Both the position numbers and the translations under genes were made by a program. DNA of 37,340 bases. It comes from Conidiobolus incongruus B7586. Lineage: Eukaryota. The stretch spans positions 1 through 37,340 of the forward strand of contig JNEM01006052.1 of the NCBI GenBank assembly GCA_000697335.1, written 5' to 3'. Shown here one piece after another: positions 35,834 to 37,340 of this stretch. Within the stretch, counting starts at the first letter, position 1. Each line of letters begins with the position of its first letter. The notes under the pieces were generated by a model, which saw only the letters and a list, made by a program, of their open reading frames with translations, had not been told where the DNA came from and made no database searches.

Positions 35834-37340
35834 ATGGTTTTACGTTTCCCAGTCCATTCAACCGTTCGTCATTCTTTATCTTCCAAAATTTTTGTTAGAC
35901 AACCATCAACCTTCAATGCACTTCATAACTATCAAAATAAGGTAGGTTCCTTTACGCCTCACCGCTTCTCTTCAACCACCTCCCACCCAGCTAAGACCTT
36001 CACCTTATCTCGTGGCGTTGCTGCTGTCACTCTTGCTGGTTTAGGTTATTCTATCTACACTCTCAGCACTGCTGCCAATCCTGTTCACAATCTCAATTCC
36101 AACTCCAACTCACCTCTTGCATCAACTGATCCCCGAGTTGCTTTCGAACACAAATCACTTCCTGATCTATTACTCTCTTTATTAGTTTATAAAATGTGTT
36201 CTTTCCCAACTTTAATGGAAGCTTCTCCTACTATTTTGTCCATTTTAGAGACTTTGCATATTTCAGCTCCTGCTTACTGGTTAATTAAAAAAACTATTTT
36301 CCATCAATTCTGTGGTGGTGAAACTCGTGAAGAAGTTGTCCCCTTTATGCAAGAACTTAAAAAATCTGGCATTGGATCTATTTTAGATTTCTCTATTGAA
36401 GCCGATTTGAATACATCCACTTCCAATATGACTCCTGAACAGCTTAGTGAATTAGCTAACAAGCATTCCGACTCAGTCGCTGACCAATACTGCCAAGCTG
36501 TCGTAACTGCTTCTAACCTTCCTGGCAGTTTCATTGCTATCAAGGTCACTGGTTTGGCCTCTCCATCCTTATTGGAAAAAGCTAATGCTATCCAACATTT
36601 CCTTCGTAACTCATTCTTACTCGCTGATATCAAGCAAACTGGTCACTTGACCCGTAAGCAATTTGAACAAATTGTTTCCAAACTGCCAGGCGCTACTCCC
36701 GAATTGATCAAGAAGGTTACTCTCAAGGCTGACCCCAACAATAAGAATTCCATTGACTGGATTGATTATCAACGCTCTTTGTCCATGTTATCTGAAGACA
36801 GCTCTGCTTTGTTCATTGGACCCAATGCTCATGTTGAAGCCCATACTAAATCCGATGATATTCACTGGGATGTCAACTTCTTCTCCAAACAAGAAAGTGA
36901 AGATATGGGCAAATTGGTCAAGCGTTTGAACGATATTTGTGATGCTGCTCAATCCAAGAATGTCAGACTCATGGTTGATGCTGAACAATCCTATTTCCAA
37001 TCTACCATTGATCTTGTTGCTACAGAACTGAGCATGAAGTACAACACTACTGAAACACCAATTCTCTTCAATACTTACCAAATGTACTTGAAGGAATCTT
37101 ACGATAAGTTGCGTAATGATTTGATCAGAGCCAAACGTTATGGCTTCTCTTTTGGTGCCAAGTTGGTCCGTGGTGCTTACATGGTCAGCGAACGCAAGCG
37201 TGCTGCTGAACTTGGATTGCCCGATATCATTCAAGACACAATTGAAGATACTCATCGTGACTATAACCGCGGTGTTGAACTTCTCCTCACTGAGCTTGCT
37301 GCTAATAAGGAGCAAAAGACTCTTGTCAAAGGTCAAGCTA
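35834..37340 (+). CDS. PUT1: Mitochondrial proline dehydrogenase (PRODH/Put1), 3' end beyond the window
   Basis: Open frame from ATG 35834 (MVLRFPVHSTVRHSLSSK...) to the window end. Contains KKTIFHQFCGGET, ILDFSIEAD, IAIKVTGL, RLMVDAEQSYFQ, FNTYQMYLK and FGAKLVRGAYMVSER. Not in the ORF track because no stop is reached. Confidence 0.94.
   Translation, partial: MVLRFPVHSTVRHSLSSKIFVRQPSTFNALHNYQNKVGSFTPHRFSSTTSHPAKTFTLSRGVAAVTLAGLGYSIYTLSTAANPVHNLNSNSNSPLASTDPRVAFEHKSLPDLLLSLLVYKMCSFPTLMEASPTILSILETLHISAPAYWLIKKTIFHQFCGGETREEVVPFMQELKKSGIGSILDFSIEADLNTSTSNMTPEQLSELANKHSDSVADQYCQAVVTASNLPGSFIAIKVTGLASPSLLEKANAIQHFLRNSFLLADIKQTGHLTRKQFEQIVSKLPGATPELIKKVTLKADPNNKNSIDWIDYQRSLSMLSEDSSALFIGPNAHVEAHTKSDDIHWDVNFFSKQESEDMGKLVKRLNDICDAAQSKNVRLMVDAEQSYFQSTIDLVATELSMKYNTTETPILFNTYQMYLKESYDKLRNDLIRAKRYGFSFGAKLVRGAYMVSERKRAAELGLPDIIQDTIEDTHRDYNRGVELLLTELAANKEQKTLVKGQA

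Overview
Very AT-rich eukaryotic DNA with short (about 45-70 nt) GT-AG introns. The gene content fits an early-diverging fungus (Zoopagomycota/Mucoromycota type, e.g. Conidiobolus-like; the taxon is inferred). Nine protein-coding genes can be reconstructed: an orphan PH-domain protein, an iron-sensing SreA/Fep1/Urbs1-type GATA repressor, a 7-exon SNF2 ATPase, a 9-exon mitochondrial Met-tRNA formyltransferase (almost invisible in the ORF track), Rrp6, a Ste50-like SAM-RA adaptor, an ESS2/DGCR14-like splicing factor, 2-amino-3-ketobutyrate CoA ligase, and proline dehydrogenase (runs off the right edge, absent from the ORF track). There is also one tRNA-His(GUG). Strongest unexplained signals: (1) five exact ATCTGATAA sites within 293 bp directly upstream of the iron GATA repressor gene itself, some probably inside a 5' intron, suggesting an autoregulatory iron circuit; (2) a SNF2 protein with several SUMO-interacting motifs but no RING finger; (3) a Ty3/gypsy-integrase-like relic beside the tRNA 5' end, followed by a ~96-bp-period repeat. 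The long intergenic stretches contain several possible decayed genes. All splice models and family calls were made by eye, without database searches.
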